DNA of 63,926 nucleotides, filler included, from Vannella sp. (Eukaryota), in assembly GCA_023345925.1 (NCBI GenBank). It is 6 parts of 6 records of this genome, joined end to end, with 100 filler letters (N's around TTAATTAATTAA, not from the genome) between each part and the next. Parts side by side here need not be neighbours in the genome. Positions count along the whole stretch, not along the records: positions 32,241 to 39,951 come from JAJQQN010000541.1; positions 40,052 to 48,385 come from JAJQQN010000246.1; 4 more parts are not named here. One strand, 5' to 3'. The first letter of the stretch is position 1; each line of letters begins with the position of its first letter. Positions 36,656 to 47,526 of the stretch are shown one piece after another. The position numbers and the translations under genes were made by a program. The notes below the pieces were generated by a model, which saw only the letters and a program-made list of their open reading frames with translations, was not told the origin of the DNA and made no database searches.

Positions 36656-39502
36656 CTAACGCTTCCTTGGCTTTCTCTTGGGAGTTGCTCTGGGAGGGGC
36701 ATTGTAATCGAACGAGGGCGTTGCGCCATTGGTTTGGCTAAATGGCGAGGAACTGGGGGCATTTGGTGTGGGGAATGCACTTGTAGCAGCGCCGAATACA
36801 TTAGATGGGGCCGGTTGGCTACTTGAAGGGAACGCACTTCCAGTGGGGAAGGCATTTGGTGTTGCAGCACCGAACACGTTTGATGCAGGCTGCCCATTTG
36901 TTGCAGGGAATGCAGCTGTAGCGGGGAAGGCATTTGCAGCACCGAATGCGTTGGATGAGGGTTGTGCGTTTGTTACTCCAAAGGGGTTGGCGGGACTTGC
37001 ACTTGTTGAGACGCCTGAATTCGAAGGGAAGGGATTAAGATTGGTGCTAGAAGAGTTTGAACCAAAAGAAAATGCTTGGTTAGTCGTGCTTGAAGTAGCA
37101 CTTGTTCCTGAAGAGAAAGGAGAGGCGACCCCGAATGAAGGGAATGCCTGGTTGGTCGTGCTTGAAGAGGTGCTAGTCCCTGAAGGGAATGCGGGAGTGC
37201 TCTCGAATGAAGGGAATGCAGAATTCGCGGGCATATTTGATGCTGCGGGGAAAGCAGTTGTTCCAGGGAATGCAGACGGCGCAGGTGTTGCAGATGAAGG
37301 GAAAGCATTCGCTGCAGATGATGCAGGAAATGCGGGCACTGTGCCGGCCACAGGGAATGCAGTTACTGGTGGGAATCCAGACGCTGCTGTATTTGATGAT
37401 CCCGAAAGAGTTGAGTCTTGTGGAAAGCTTTTGAATCCAGTACCAAAGCTAGGCGTAGTAGCACCAGTCGCCAGAGAGAAGGATGAAGTATTAGCCGAGT
37501 TTTGCGTTGAAATGGAGCCGAAGGGAGTAGCAGGTGCCTGAACAGTTCCAAACCCTGAACTTGCAGGAGGGAAAGCAGAGCTTGCTGCTGAGGAAAAGGG
37601 ATTCCCATTATTAGAATCCGCTGATTGAGAACTACTACCAGCACCCATATTTGTTGAGAGAGGAGTTGCGTTCGTTGAAGGGACTGTGGAGGACGAAGGA
37701 AAGGTGAATGCGTTATTTCCAGAAGAGACCGATGAGCTTTGAGGGAATGAAGAAAGCACTGATGAAGCTGTGCTGGGGTTCGTTCCAAAAGAAATCGTAT
37801 TTCCAGAAGGCAATGGATCCGAAAGAGAAGGTTTCGAAGCTCCAGTTTGACTAGTCCCAAACTCACCCGCTAAATTACCGAATGAGATTGTGCTAACCGT
37901 TGAGGGATTGCTCCCAAACGTAGCTGTCAAGGAGCTCGTCTCGGCTGGTGCACCGAACGAGGGGAAATTTGTTGGCAGACTCGCTGAGGGTTGGCTGATC
38001 TCTTTGGTTGGCCGCAAACCAAAAGTGAAGGGAGTGGATGACTCAGCTGATGGGAAGCTGTCAGTAGACTTTTGAGCATCTACTGGAGCAAACATCTGAC
38101 CAGTGCTTGTCGGTACTTTGGGGGCTGAAGGGGCCTCTGAAGTTGGGTTACTTGTGAAGGAGAAGCCTCCAGTAGTTGACAGACCCTGAGCATCACCAGC
38201 AGAGGTTTTCGAGCCAAAACTCAGCCCCCAGCTTGGGGCACTCCCTGTATCAGAGGGCTCAACTTTAAGATCCTTTGATGGTGCAGTGAAGGCAGGTGCA
38301 GCCAATGGGGTACTCGATAACCCACCAAAAGGCGTATCTTTGGCGCTCACTGCTGGCGTGTCCTTTGCTCCAAAAGAGAATCCTCCTAAAGAGGAAGGGA
38401 TTGACGCTTCTGTTTGGTTTGTAGTACTTTCATCTGCTGTAGATAGCTTTGGAGTTGCGAAAAAGGCTCCGAGAGGTTCCGGATCTTTCGCATTCTCGCT
38501 GCTCAATGCGTTTGTGGATTTGAGGTCTCCAGAAGGTGCATTGGGAGCAATGGCTGGGGCTATTTGACTAAAAGTGATGCTAGAAGGAGGAGCAGTCGTT
38601 GTTGTGGGGGGAGAGGCCTCTCCGAAGGTGTAAAGCGCTCTCAATCTGTCGCGGCGGACAGACTCTTTCTCCCTTATCTCAGATGCTGGGGCTCCTGACA
38701 GCCTCGACTTTCCTTTGATTCTACTGGGAGTAGCTTTCAGTGGTTTCTGAATGATGGGGGCCTTCTCCATGTCGGTGGGCAAGTCCGTCTCGAGGGCCTC
38801 TTGCGTTTCCATGGCATTCTGGCTACGCTCCATCTGTGATCGTAAGGCTTCAATACGCAGGCTGACTTCTGATGAAGATCTCTTTGGCTTCTTGGGTGGT
38901 TGGGGAGACTTGAGGGGATAAGGGCGAGACTTCCGCTTCTTTTTCACTTCTGTGCTTCTTCGTGCCAGCTTCTTGGTTGGGGCTTCTTGATGGCCGGCCT
39001 CCTCTTCCTCATCTTCAGAGCGCCTCCTCTTTCTCCCTCTCACCTCCTTGGAGACCTCCATAGGGGAGATGGGGCGATCGGTCTCTGGTCGTTCAACATG
39101 AGGGCGCATGACCTGTACCTCAGGACTGATCTCTGGCTTCACTTCACTTGCTTTGAAGAATGGCGTGGTCTCGCTCTCGGCGTACTTCAAGCGAGAGGGG
39201 GGGAGAGCGTTGGCAGGTCTCGAGCTGATCCCTTCGGCTGGGGTGGAAGGGATCCCGCTTCGTTGTGTCTCCGTGTCAGCTCCAGCTTGTGCAGGGACGC
39301 TGATCCTTCTCCTGAGCTGTGATTCCTCAGGTCCCTTCTTGTATCGAGCGTTCCGGTGGATCACTCGCGGGGGATGTCTCTCCACGGTAGCCTTGGGCAA
39401 TCTGTTCTGTTCTCTCCGCTTCACAAGGTGTAGAGCAAGGAACCCCCCAACCCCAACAAACAGGAGCACCAAAAAAACGAGAAGGGTCAAGAGTGTCTCC
39501 AT
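36656..39502 (-). CDS. FG-repeat nucleoporin with N-terminal transmembrane helix (POM121/PNET1-like)
   Basis: TM LLTLLVFLVLLFVGVGGFLALHLV; basic NLS-like clusters KRRRS and KKKRKSR; FSFG/FTFG/ISFG/PAFP repeats in S/T/P-rich disorder; basic C-terminus PKRKPRKR. Confidence 0.75.
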   Translation of the reverse strand: METLLTLLVFLVLLFVGVGGFLALHLVKRREQNRLPKATVERHPPRVIHRNARYKKGPEESQLRRRISVPAQAGADTETQRSGIPSTPAEGISSRPANALPPSRLKYAESETTPFFKASEVKPEISPEVQVMRPHVERPETDRPISPMEVSKEVRGRKRRRSEDEEEEAGHQEAPTKKLARRSTEVKKKRKSRPYPLKSPQPPKKPKRSSSEVSLRIEALRSQMERSQNAMETQEALETDLPTDMEKAPIIQKPLKATPSRIKGKSRLSGAPASEIREKESVRRDRLRALYTFGEASPPTTTTAPPSSITFSQIAPAIAPNAPSGDLKSTNALSSENAKDPEPLGAFFATPKLSTADESTTNQTEASIPSSLGGFSFGAKDTPAVSAKDTPFGGLSSTPLAAPAFTAPSKDLKVEPSDTGSAPSWGLSFGSKTSAGDAQGLSTTGGFSFTSNPTSEAPSAPKVPTSTGQMFAPVDAQKSTDSFPSAESSTPFTFGLRPTKEISQPSASLPTNFPSFGAPAETSSLTATFGSNPSTVSTISFGNLAGEFGTSQTGASKPSLSDPLPSGNTISFGTNPSTASSVLSSFPQSSSVSSGNNAFTFPSSSTVPSTNATPLSTNMGAGSSSQSADSNNGNPFSSAASSAFPPASSGFGTVQAPATPFGSISTQNSANTSSFSLATGATTPSFGTGFKSFPQDSTLSGSSNTAASGFPPVTAFPVAGTVPAFPASSAANAFPSSATPAPSAFPGTTAFPAASNMPANSAFPSFESTPAFPSGTSTSSSTTNQAFPSFGVASPFSSGTSATSSTTNQAFSFGSNSSSTNLNPFPSNSGVSTSASPANPFGVTNAQPSSNAFGAANAFPATAAFPATNGQPASNVFGAATPNAFPTGSAFPSSSQPAPSNVFGAATSAFPTPNAPSSSPFSQTNGATPSFDYNAPPRATPKRKPRKR

Positions 39503-39737
39503 GTCCAGCAAGCTCCAACAAAATGGTAAATCTGCCAGAATCCATCCAGATCATCATTTGCATGAAAAGAATCAGAAATCGATTCATTTTCTCAAACTCA
39601 CGCCAAAAAGGTTTGGTTTTTGCAAGGCTGAAAAACCGTCTCCCGCGAGCCGAACCGGGACGGGCCAATCAGACCAGTCCAACAAAGTCGATTCGGCTCT
39701 TGTGAAGCCCACTTTCTTTCGGTTCTGACGTAGAAAT

Positions 39738-39951
39738 ATGCTTCGTGCTGTACGCGTGGCCAGGCCAGGCTTCAGGGCCGTGGTGCGCCGGAGTGCTCCT
39801 GGTGTTGGTGATCCCGGGATGTCGATGTTCTCTTTCTGGACTTGAAAAGAACCACCAAAGGGATCATTCATACCAAACGTCAAACGCTCCGATTTTCCCG
39901 AACCTCCGCCTGGGAGCTACGCGGGTGAGTTAGACAAACCGTTCTTTCTAG
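39738..39951 (+). CDS. 5' part of a small, probably mitochondrion-targeted protein, truncated by the contig end
   Basis: MLRAVRVARPGFRAVVRRS is an Arg-rich, acid-free presequence. GTGAGT donor at ~39925. Divergent from the nucleoporin gene. Confidence 0.45.
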
Positions 39952-40051
39952 NNNNNNNNNNNNNNNNNNNNNNNNNNNNNNNNNNNNNNNNNNNNTTAAT
40001 TAATTAANNNNNNNNNNNNNNNNNNNNNNNNNNNNNNNNNNNNNNNNNNNN
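39952..40051. other. Artificial contig-join spacer
   Basis: N44-TTAATTAATTAA-N44. Confidence 0.98.
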
Positions 40052-42153
40052 GTCCAGAGGGGCCCACAGAGGGCATTTCCTGGTCGCCGCTGCGGATGAG
40101 CGGAGGGGGATTGGCTTTGAAGCCCTTGTACGAGGCCCCTCGTCGTGCTACCTTGTTGGGATACAATGTGTGGACTGCTCATTCGTCTCCAACGCCTGTG
40201 GCTTGCATGAGCTCTGGAGGGAAGCAAAGCGACAACCTTTGGGCGCTCTCGCAACCTTTGAAAGGAACGCGAAATCTCATGCACTGGAGTGTCACTGAGG
40301 GAGTGTGGGTGGCCTATTTAGCCTTCTCTGAAGATACAGAAGAGGAACTGCACTTCCAGCAACTCTCTGCTGGGCCGAACGGTGAGCTCTGGGCTGTGGA
40401 CGCATCCTCTTCTCGCCTGTACCGCCGGATCGTGGACTTCAAGTCAATGAAAGAGGGCATGTTCTTCTCCAAGTGGGAGTGCATACCAACAGATAATCAC
40501 CGCTTCACAAGCATCTCCGTGGGAGGTTTGCATCACATCTGGGCAATCGGGTCCCCTGAGGGCCTATGTGAGACCAATGAAGCACAAAAGACAGTACTCT
40601 TTCGTTTGGACGTCAAGTTTGATCAGAGGGAGAAGGCAGAGACTCTGCAGCCTTTGTCCGGACTACTTCGGGACCAACTCACCTTTGAATGGAAGCGCTT
40701 AGTGGTCGAGAAGCGCTTCACTCAGGTTGATTGCAACTCTTCTGGTGAAGTTTGGGCCATTGATGCAGCTGGCAAGCTCTTCCATCGGCTGGACCAGCGG
40801 AATCTCTCTGCCATTCGCCAAGCTGGTAACTTTCTCAACTGTTATGAGCCAGAAGAAGCAAGCGCACCCAACAACACCTTCTTCCTTCTTCCTGGAGAGG
40901 ACCTGGATGTGAGTTAATGCGCCCCAATGGAGTGAAAGTGAGATGACTCGTTTCTAGAGGGCGGTGTGGAGAAGAGTGGACCCGTTCAAATACAGCCTTG
41001 AGGAAGATCGCTTCAACATCGTCACATCTGTTGCGGTGGGCCAAAACACAGTGTGGTGCGTTGACAACCAAGGAAAGCTTTATCTGCGGTAGGACTTCCA
41101 TCCCATCCGAATGGGCATTCCTCATCGAATACCAGAAACGGAGCCAAGCTTTTCAGGAGAGTTACACACGCAAAGGGAGCGGAACGTTTCAACAACATCC
41201 TTGAGGAGGAAAGGGATTCCTTGGCGAAAAGTTTTGTGGGAAGAGGTAACTGGCAATCTGCCCTCCGCCTGCGTTACCCGCACATTGTTCAACCTAACAC
41301 AAAGAACTCAATCTTCCAAGACCAACAGAACTCTCCTGATTTTCAGGGCCTCCTTGTCACGTTCATTGATGTGAATGACGGAGATGTTCTTAACGCTGGG
41401 AGTGTCTCTGGAAAGTTCTGGTTCCGGCTCCGCCCTCAAAAGATGGAAGTCATTACAGCAAATGATTATACGAAGGTTTGGGATGATAGCAACATTGGTG
41501 TCTCTGAAGAACTGGGCCTTTGGCACCCAAAGTCCTTGCCTGAGTACCGCAGTTTGGGAGATTTTGCAGAACGCTCGCACTTAGCTTATCCATTGACCCA
41601 CAACTTTGAATCGCCAAACAATATGGTCATTTGTGCTGCTGAGGACGAGCTCCAATATGTGGAGCTGGGCCCAGAAGATGAGGGCTTTGGATTGGCTCCA
41701 AGGCTTCTGTCTCAACCCTCCAAATTCGAAAAGATTTGGGACAACCGCCTTCTTGTCTCTAAGAGCACCTCTGGGCCCATTACTCTGCTGCGACCACTTC
41801 CTTCCAGCCCCGATTATGCCTCACTCGGGTGTATTGCAACAACAAAGCCACAAGATTCGGAATCCCTTCGATCCTCTATTGTGTGTGTGCACAAAAGTGT
41901 TCTCCTTCTCGGAACGCGCCATGACTCGGGAGACCGTTTCCAAGATGGATCGTTGTGGAGCACCTATGAAGTCTACAACGGTAACCCCGAGTCTCTCGTG
42001 TCTTTGTGGGAGGCAAAAGGACTTCAGGGCGAAGGAGTATCTGCGGGAGGATTCATTGCTGCTGCTGGAAACACAGTTGCGAGAAAGAACGTCCCCGGTA
42101 CCACATTTGTGCTCAACATTTCTCCGACTCCGGATGCGTGGCGGAGCCAGTAA
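40052..42153 (+). CDS. Possibly 5'-truncated protein with tectonin-like beta-propeller repeats and C-terminal Vps62/DUF946-like domain; two introns
   Basis: QLSAGPNGELWAVD, SISVGGLHHIWAI, EVWAIDAAGKLFHR and spliced TVWCVDNQGKLYLR; then YTKVWDD...LWHP...YRSLGD and FEKIWDN...RPLP..DYASLG. Confidence 0.7.
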
Positions 42154-42636
42154 CGACCAACAAGGGTGTGGATCTGGTTAAATGTTATCTTTTCCTTGTG
42201 TATGCTGATTCAATTCTTCCCTGCTCCTGCCCACTTCGAGCACGGGTTTGGCATCTTAACGCACAGGAAGATTTCCGGTATTGAAAAGAATCAATTGTGA
42301 GTTGTTGAAGTAAGAGACGGAGGGAGAAACAACTACCACTCCACTCGTTCACTTGTGCGAAAAAACTCCTCGTTCAAAGGCTCTCCGATGGCAAAAATGT
42401 CATCAAGGATGAAGACATCGGACCAAACCATCTCACAAGTGAACGCAAGGGCAGCAGGAGATCATCGTGCTTCGGGGGGTTTATTGAGGAAGAGCATCCG
42501 CCATCCTTTCGAGTGATGTTGCCTTCACAGAACAGCTTTTCCGCCTCCGCACTTCCAAAGACAGCTTGTGAATCGTGTCAATCTTCTGAGCAAACAAATC
42601 GGTTATGACCAATTTCTTTCGCGAACGCAAAAAGTT

Positions 42637-42707
42637 GGGCTCAACCGGGAATCGAACCCGGGCCTCTCCCACCCTAAGGGAGAATTTTACCACTTAACTA
42701 TCGAGCC
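42637..42707 (-). tRNA. tRNA-Pro (anticodon AGG)
   Basis: GGCTCGA/TTGAGCC acceptor stem, CTCCC-TTAGGGT-GGGAG anticodon arm, CCGGG-TTCGATT-CCCGG T arm, followed by a TTTTT Pol III terminator. Confidence 0.95.
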
Positions 42708-42813
42708 GAATCCGCGTTTCTCACAGGACACAAGAATTTCCAATTAATAAGAATTATAATATGTCTTTGAAATTGTGTTGCTGAAATTTGTTGACCGGTT
42801 TGTATCTTTCTTG

Positions 42814-43982
42814 ATGCTCCGTTTGTTTGTTGCGGTTGCCGTTCTGGTCGCTTTTGCTTCTTGTGCAGTTCCCGCTTCCCAGAGGCAGAGCTTAGTTGAT
42901 CTGTACGAATCGACATCTGGCGCTTCGTGGACCAACCGCGCCCGTTGGCTTGTTGGGGATCCGTGCGAAAACAAGTGGCACGGGATTACTTGCGACGCGA
43001 GTAAGCAAGACATCACGCGTATCTTCCTCTTCAAGAACAACCTCGAAGGACCCATCCCCTCTACTCTGTCCCTTCCTGCCCTTCAGTACATGTAAGCCCG
43101 CTCCCTTCTTTTGCCTTGTTCTGATCCCTTCCACAGTAATCTGAACAACAACAAGTTGAATGGAACTCTCTCCAACTGGCAAACTCTTCCCTCGCTTCAG
43201 TACATGTGAGCGGCCACTGTCCTCACCCAATCCCACCTTCTAATCATCTCTTCCAGGTACTTCCAAGGTAACCAACTCACTGGATCCCTTCCCAACTGGA
43301 ACGCGCTCTCTTCCCTCAAGTTCATGTGAGTGACGCCCATGAGAGACTTCTCACCGACCTCTCGCATTGATTAGTGTCATCGCGGAGAACCAAATCACCG
43401 GTAGCTTGCCTTTGTGGAACATCCCAACTCTGGAAGACATGTAAGAACCCCCGATTTGTCTGACAGTGATCTGATTGGCCAGAGCAGCACCATTTACAAC
43501 AACTTCTTGAGCGGAAGCCTTCCTGAATGGAATCTGCCATCTGTGTCATTCGTGTAAGGAAGGCATGGCTCCGTGGAATCGCCTTTAATCCTTCTTCTAG
43601 TGAAGCGTATGGAAACAAGTTCAGTGGAACTCTCCCCTTGTGGAATGGCCTGGAGGGCTTGCAAGTGGTGTAGGTACCCAACACGTGAGATAAGGGCCAT
43701 TCTGAACTGTTTTAGGATTTTCAACAACAACACTCTGACTGGGACTATTCCTGCATGGACTAATCTCAGCGTTCTCCGTTACATGTGAGTCTCCAACGAA
43801 CGATTCTCTTTCCAAGGCTGATAAGGGAAAGGGATTTCCGCACCAATGATTTGTGTGGAACTCTCCCCGCTGCCTCTCCCACTCAAGGAGGAGATGCCTA
43901 CTTGGAGGGAAACACTTTCTCGTGCCCGATTCCCTCGTGGTGCACGGAGTGCGACCCTTGCAGCACTTCCGGGGCATGCTAG
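42814..43982 (+). CDS. Secreted leucine-rich-repeat protein (plant-type LRR with N-cap). Eight exons: 42814-43091, 43137-43205, 43257-43325, 43375-43440, 43488-43553, 43601-43669, 43716-43784, 43832-43982
   Basis: Signal peptide, N-cap SLVDLYESTSG..W...W....PC...WHGITC, repeats xxxNxLxGxLPxW and Cys-rich C-cap. All seven introns are GT-AG, 45-51 nt, phase 2. Confidence 0.9.
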
Positions 43983-44135
43983 AGTCATCCAGGATTAGTT
44001 TCACTCATATAAAGTGCATTCAAGAACGTCAAACTTGACTAGACTTGGCTGCTGGCACAATCTGGATGTATTCTTATGACAAGAGATTTAATGAGTGAAT
44101 GTGCGCTTGGCTGACTAGAGGAAGCTTTGATTGAA

Positions 44136-46145
44136 CTAATCTAAATCCTCTTCGTCCCAGGAGATACAATCTTTGGTGTCATCAGCGAGTATGGCCGTCA
44201 ATCCAGTGAGATCCTCCAGGAGAGAAGAGCGTTCCATCACATCAAGGACAAGGTCTGCACCCCGTTCAAGATAGCTGCGTACAACAGTTTCGGAGCAAGC
44301 GGTGCACCGCTCATAATCGTACCCCTCCGTCAAGATGTTGCGGAAATGAGAGAGGAAGCCGCGAATCTGGTGAGGAAGATTGCCTAAAGCTGTGCTTGTC
44401 TCACTTCCGAGTTCCATATTGACGTCAGGAGGAGCTTGATTTCCTAAGGGGTGCTGCAAGAGTAGTACCATGAGTTCCACAGCGCAACTGGAAGCTAACA
44501 TGGAAACGCCTGGCCTGGTGACTGTGCATTGTTGATCGAGCGTCCGGTTGCGCAAGGAGTCAGAAGGTCCCGTAATGTCGTTACAGAAGTAACATCCAAC
44601 ACGCTTTCCACCATGCTCTAAAGGTACAAGAGGAGAGCAGCCATGGCGCATTGCCAGGAAAGTGTCAAAACCAAGAGCAGCATTGATGCAAGGCTTATTC
44701 TTGGCCGCGCACAGAAGGGTTGGGAACCATCGCGCCTCCCGACTATCTGTGAGTTGGAAGACAACGTCGGCCTCCTCAAAGAGTTGGTCAATCTCCTGAA
44801 TGGTTGACCGAACAGTTTCAACCATATTTTTGGTGACGCTGTGGCCTGGCATTGGAATGCTCAACACCCGACCGTGGGACTGAATTGTTGGCAGTATTTT
44901 GCGCAAAGCTTCCGCTGCAACCTCAGCTTTAGGTCTCCCTCCATTGAGGCAATCCTCGAATGTGAAGAGAGTTTGACGGACAGGATTGGAGAAAGAGACA
45001 GTCCCATTGTCAATGAAAGTAATGTGTTGGACACCCCAAGCCATTAAAGCGCGCGCCACGTTGCACCCGAGGGTTCCTGCGCCAACGAGAAGACACTTAG
45101 TATTGGCAATTCGCTCCAAATCCAACGCTGGCATGAGCCGCCATTTCATCAGCTGTAAGTTAAGAGAAGTCTGAGATGCTGCCAGCTGCTCAGGATTCAT
45201 TGTAGCGGACAAATCAACGAAGCGGGGACGCAGCTTCGCTTGGCCATCCCTTTCCCACCCTACCAATGCAGGTAGAGTGCTGCCCTCCAACTCCCCAACG
45301 GGGATTCGAACTGAGACTACAAAGGAGGACTCTTCAAACTGCTTGCGCCACTGTCGAAGGAGTACCATCTTAACAATCCCCCCTTCCTTGAGTACTTCCC
45401 TCATCTGCACAGCGATAAGAACTGCCAGATTGCGCACTGGCCAGCCGGCATGCGAATCCGCACCACTGGGATCAGCTACTCCAACAAGAAGCTCATCTGC
45501 ACCATCGATAGCTTCTCTCCATTCACACAATCGCTTGGCGAGGACGGCCTCGCCTTTGCAGACAATCAGGAAGGCAAAGTCGTCCTGGCGGCCTCGGACT
45601 GTACCATCAGGTTGGTAGCCACGTAAGGCTTCATAGGACTCCTGTAGTTGAGCTCTCTGGCTGTCTGTCCAGTACTCGAAAAGGGGGCGCTGCTCGGTGG
45701 CCTCCAATGGAGTGGAAAAGTTCAATGCAGGAAAGGCGAACCAGTAGTGGAAGCGGTACTTCTTAAGGTCGCCGTATGACAACAAGAGGAAGCGTAAGAG
45801 CTTAGAAGGGTCCTCCAGCGCGGCGCCTGAGAGGATGTCCTCCCAGATTTGTTGCCCAACGGAGGAGAGGAGCGCCTTCTTGTCGCTCTCCTTGAAGCGC
45901 TCAATCGTATTGCAGATGTGAAGGACACCTGGTACAGGGAACTGGAAAGGGGGTGCCTCAGAACTCCCAAAGGAGCCTGCTTGCAGAGACAAGCGAGCAG
46001 GAAGGGCGTTGTGAGAGTTGTCGTTGCTGTAGTAGCCCCGAACCTCCACTGGATCCTCTGAAAGCTTGGCCACTTCTAACTTGTACTTGGCAAACGTGTG
46101 CCAAAACGAAACATCCGGAGAGGACAAAAAAGCTTGGAACTGCAT
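44136..46145 (-). CDS. ATG7: Ubiquitin-like modifier-activating enzyme ATG7, intronless
   Basis: DLKKYRFHYWFAFP, LNLQLMKWRLMP, LLVGAGTLGCNVAR, VSFSNPVRQ, GCYFCND, RTLDQQCTVTRPG. Confidence 0.97.
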   Translation of the reverse strand: MQFQAFLSSPDVSFWHTFAKYKLEVAKLSEDPVEVRGYYSNDNSHNALPARLSLQAGSFGSSEAPPFQFPVPGVLHICNTIERFKESDKKALLSSVGQQIWEDILSGAALEDPSKLLRFLLLSYGDLKKYRFHYWFAFPALNFSTPLEATEQRPLFEYWTDSQRAQLQESYEALRGYQPDGTVRGRQDDFAFLIVCKGEAVLAKRLCEWREAIDGADELLVGVADPSGADSHAGWPVRNLAVLIAVQMREVLKEGGIVKMVLLRQWRKQFEESSFVVSVRIPVGELEGSTLPALVGWERDGQAKLRPRFVDLSATMNPEQLAASQTSLNLQLMKWRLMPALDLERIANTKCLLVGAGTLGCNVARALMAWGVQHITFIDNGTVSFSNPVRQTLFTFEDCLNGGRPKAEVAAEALRKILPTIQSHGRVLSIPMPGHSVTKNMVETVRSTIQEIDQLFEEADVVFQLTDSREARWFPTLLCAAKNKPCINAALGFDTFLAMRHGCSPLVPLEHGGKRVGCYFCNDITGPSDSLRNRTLDQQCTVTRPGVSMLASSCAVELMVLLLQHPLGNQAPPDVNMELGSETSTALGNLPHQIRGFLSHFRNILTEGYDYERCTACSETVVRSYLERGADLVLDVMERSSLLEDLTGLTAILADDTKDCISWDEEDLD

Positions 46146-46247
46146 CCTGAAGAGCTCTCTTCAAAGTGGGAGGTCCCAAGAAATGGACATTAACATTTCT
46201 TAGGACTTAACCTCCTCCAGAGGTCTAATTCGTATCAGCGACCCAAT

Positions 46248-46426
46248 GAGAATTCACCGCCCCAGTCAACCACGTCCGCTGGCCTCATTGAAAAGTACCT
46301 CTAAATTTGATCGGGACCCTTGCGAATCAAGTTTCTATATGTTTTTAAGAGGGCCATTTTTCTATCATCAGGAGCAATTGAGAGAATTCACCGCCCCACT
46401 CAACCACGCTGGCCTCCGTTGAAAAG
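46248..46426 (+). repeat. Two further copies of the dispersed GAGAATTCACCGCCCCA[C/G]TCAACCACG repeat, each extended by GCTGGCCTC..TTGAAAAGT
   Basis: Copies at 46248-46296 and 46380-46426, just upstream of ATG7. Confidence 0.85.
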
Positions 46427-47526
46427 TGGCTTCCCAAGGTTTTATTCCAATTCATGTGCTTTGCAGAGCCCACGAGACAGACAAGCATCCTCTGCCCTTT
46501 CAAGGAGGAGCGTGTGATCGACAAAAGGCCTCCCAATGAATGACTGGTAACGAATGTGAGGGAAACGCTCACTTCTTATTCAGAAAGAGATGACTTGACT
46601 CACTCGTGAAGGTCGAAGAGGATGCAAAGAGGGAGATGAGGGGTCCTCAAGCAACAGCACACTGTTTCTTCCTTTCCGGGAATGGGTAGTGACCAACCAT
46701 GCAAGGAGAGTTCGCAGGTTGACATCTACGATTGGTCACATCCTGGCCTGATAAGTCATCGCTAGATTGTTTGTCAGCATCAGATGGGAATGAATAGTGC
46801 AAACGAACATGGGGACGCGGAGGAACTGTTCAAAAGTGTCTCGAACAAGCTGCATGTTGAGGTCGAGAAGTAGGAGGAAGGCATTCACTCGAACGAGCTG
46901 TTGGAGCCGATTGGAGTAGAGCACATCCTTTTGGACGTAAAAGTCATCCAAAGTAACCAGAAACAAGCGAAGGATAGCCTACCAGAGGGATCAGAGTCCA
47001 GCAAACACGTTTTCACATTCCCAGTCACTTCGAGCTGCTCCTCAGACTGAATAAGGAATGCAGTCGGATTGGTCGTTCGAGAAATTCACGAGAGAAGGAG
47101 AAGAGGATTCCAAAACGAGTGTTTGCGTAGAGTGTCCTGATGACCCCCATCTATTCAGGATAAGCTTTTGGCCTGCTTCGAGTTTTGGGTGCTTCAATGG
47201 ACTGTATGAGGGAGAGGCCACACCACTCATGACTTTCCCCTTGGAACATTAATGTTGGGCTGCCCACACGTCGTTATTCTTCCAAGAGGGGGCCTCTGAT
47301 TTAGCGCTACAACAGTGAGGATCAACAGGGCCTAGGACAGAAAATTCTCCAATTGTGTCACCAAACGTTTGCATCCATCGCAGAATGGGCGAAATAGGAA
47401 GCTGGCAACTGCAAAGGCACTTGCTGATGCGAAGAGCTGTAAGTAAAGAGACTTCGAGCAGTAACAAAAGCTGGGTAAGTCACTCTATTATTCGAGTCAC
47501 CCTTAATGGTCTCCTTTCTCTGATCA

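Noticed and set aside
36729..37866. Alternate-frame and antisense ORFs over the FG repeats
   Set aside because: Low-complexity shadows of the nucleoporin.
43092..43831. Regular ~115-nt periodicity that could suggest a CRISPR-like array
   Set aside because: It is exon-intron periodicity of LRR repeats; no identical direct repeats, no cas genes, eukaryotic context.
40052..46145. ATG7 near a tectonin/Vps62 gene as an autophagy cluster
   Set aside because: Only two genes, separated by a tRNA and an LRR gene; no evidence beyond chance proximity.
46560..47500. Short - strand coding-like fragments downstream of the Rho gene
   Set aside because: No consistent frame or recognisable motif could be assembled.
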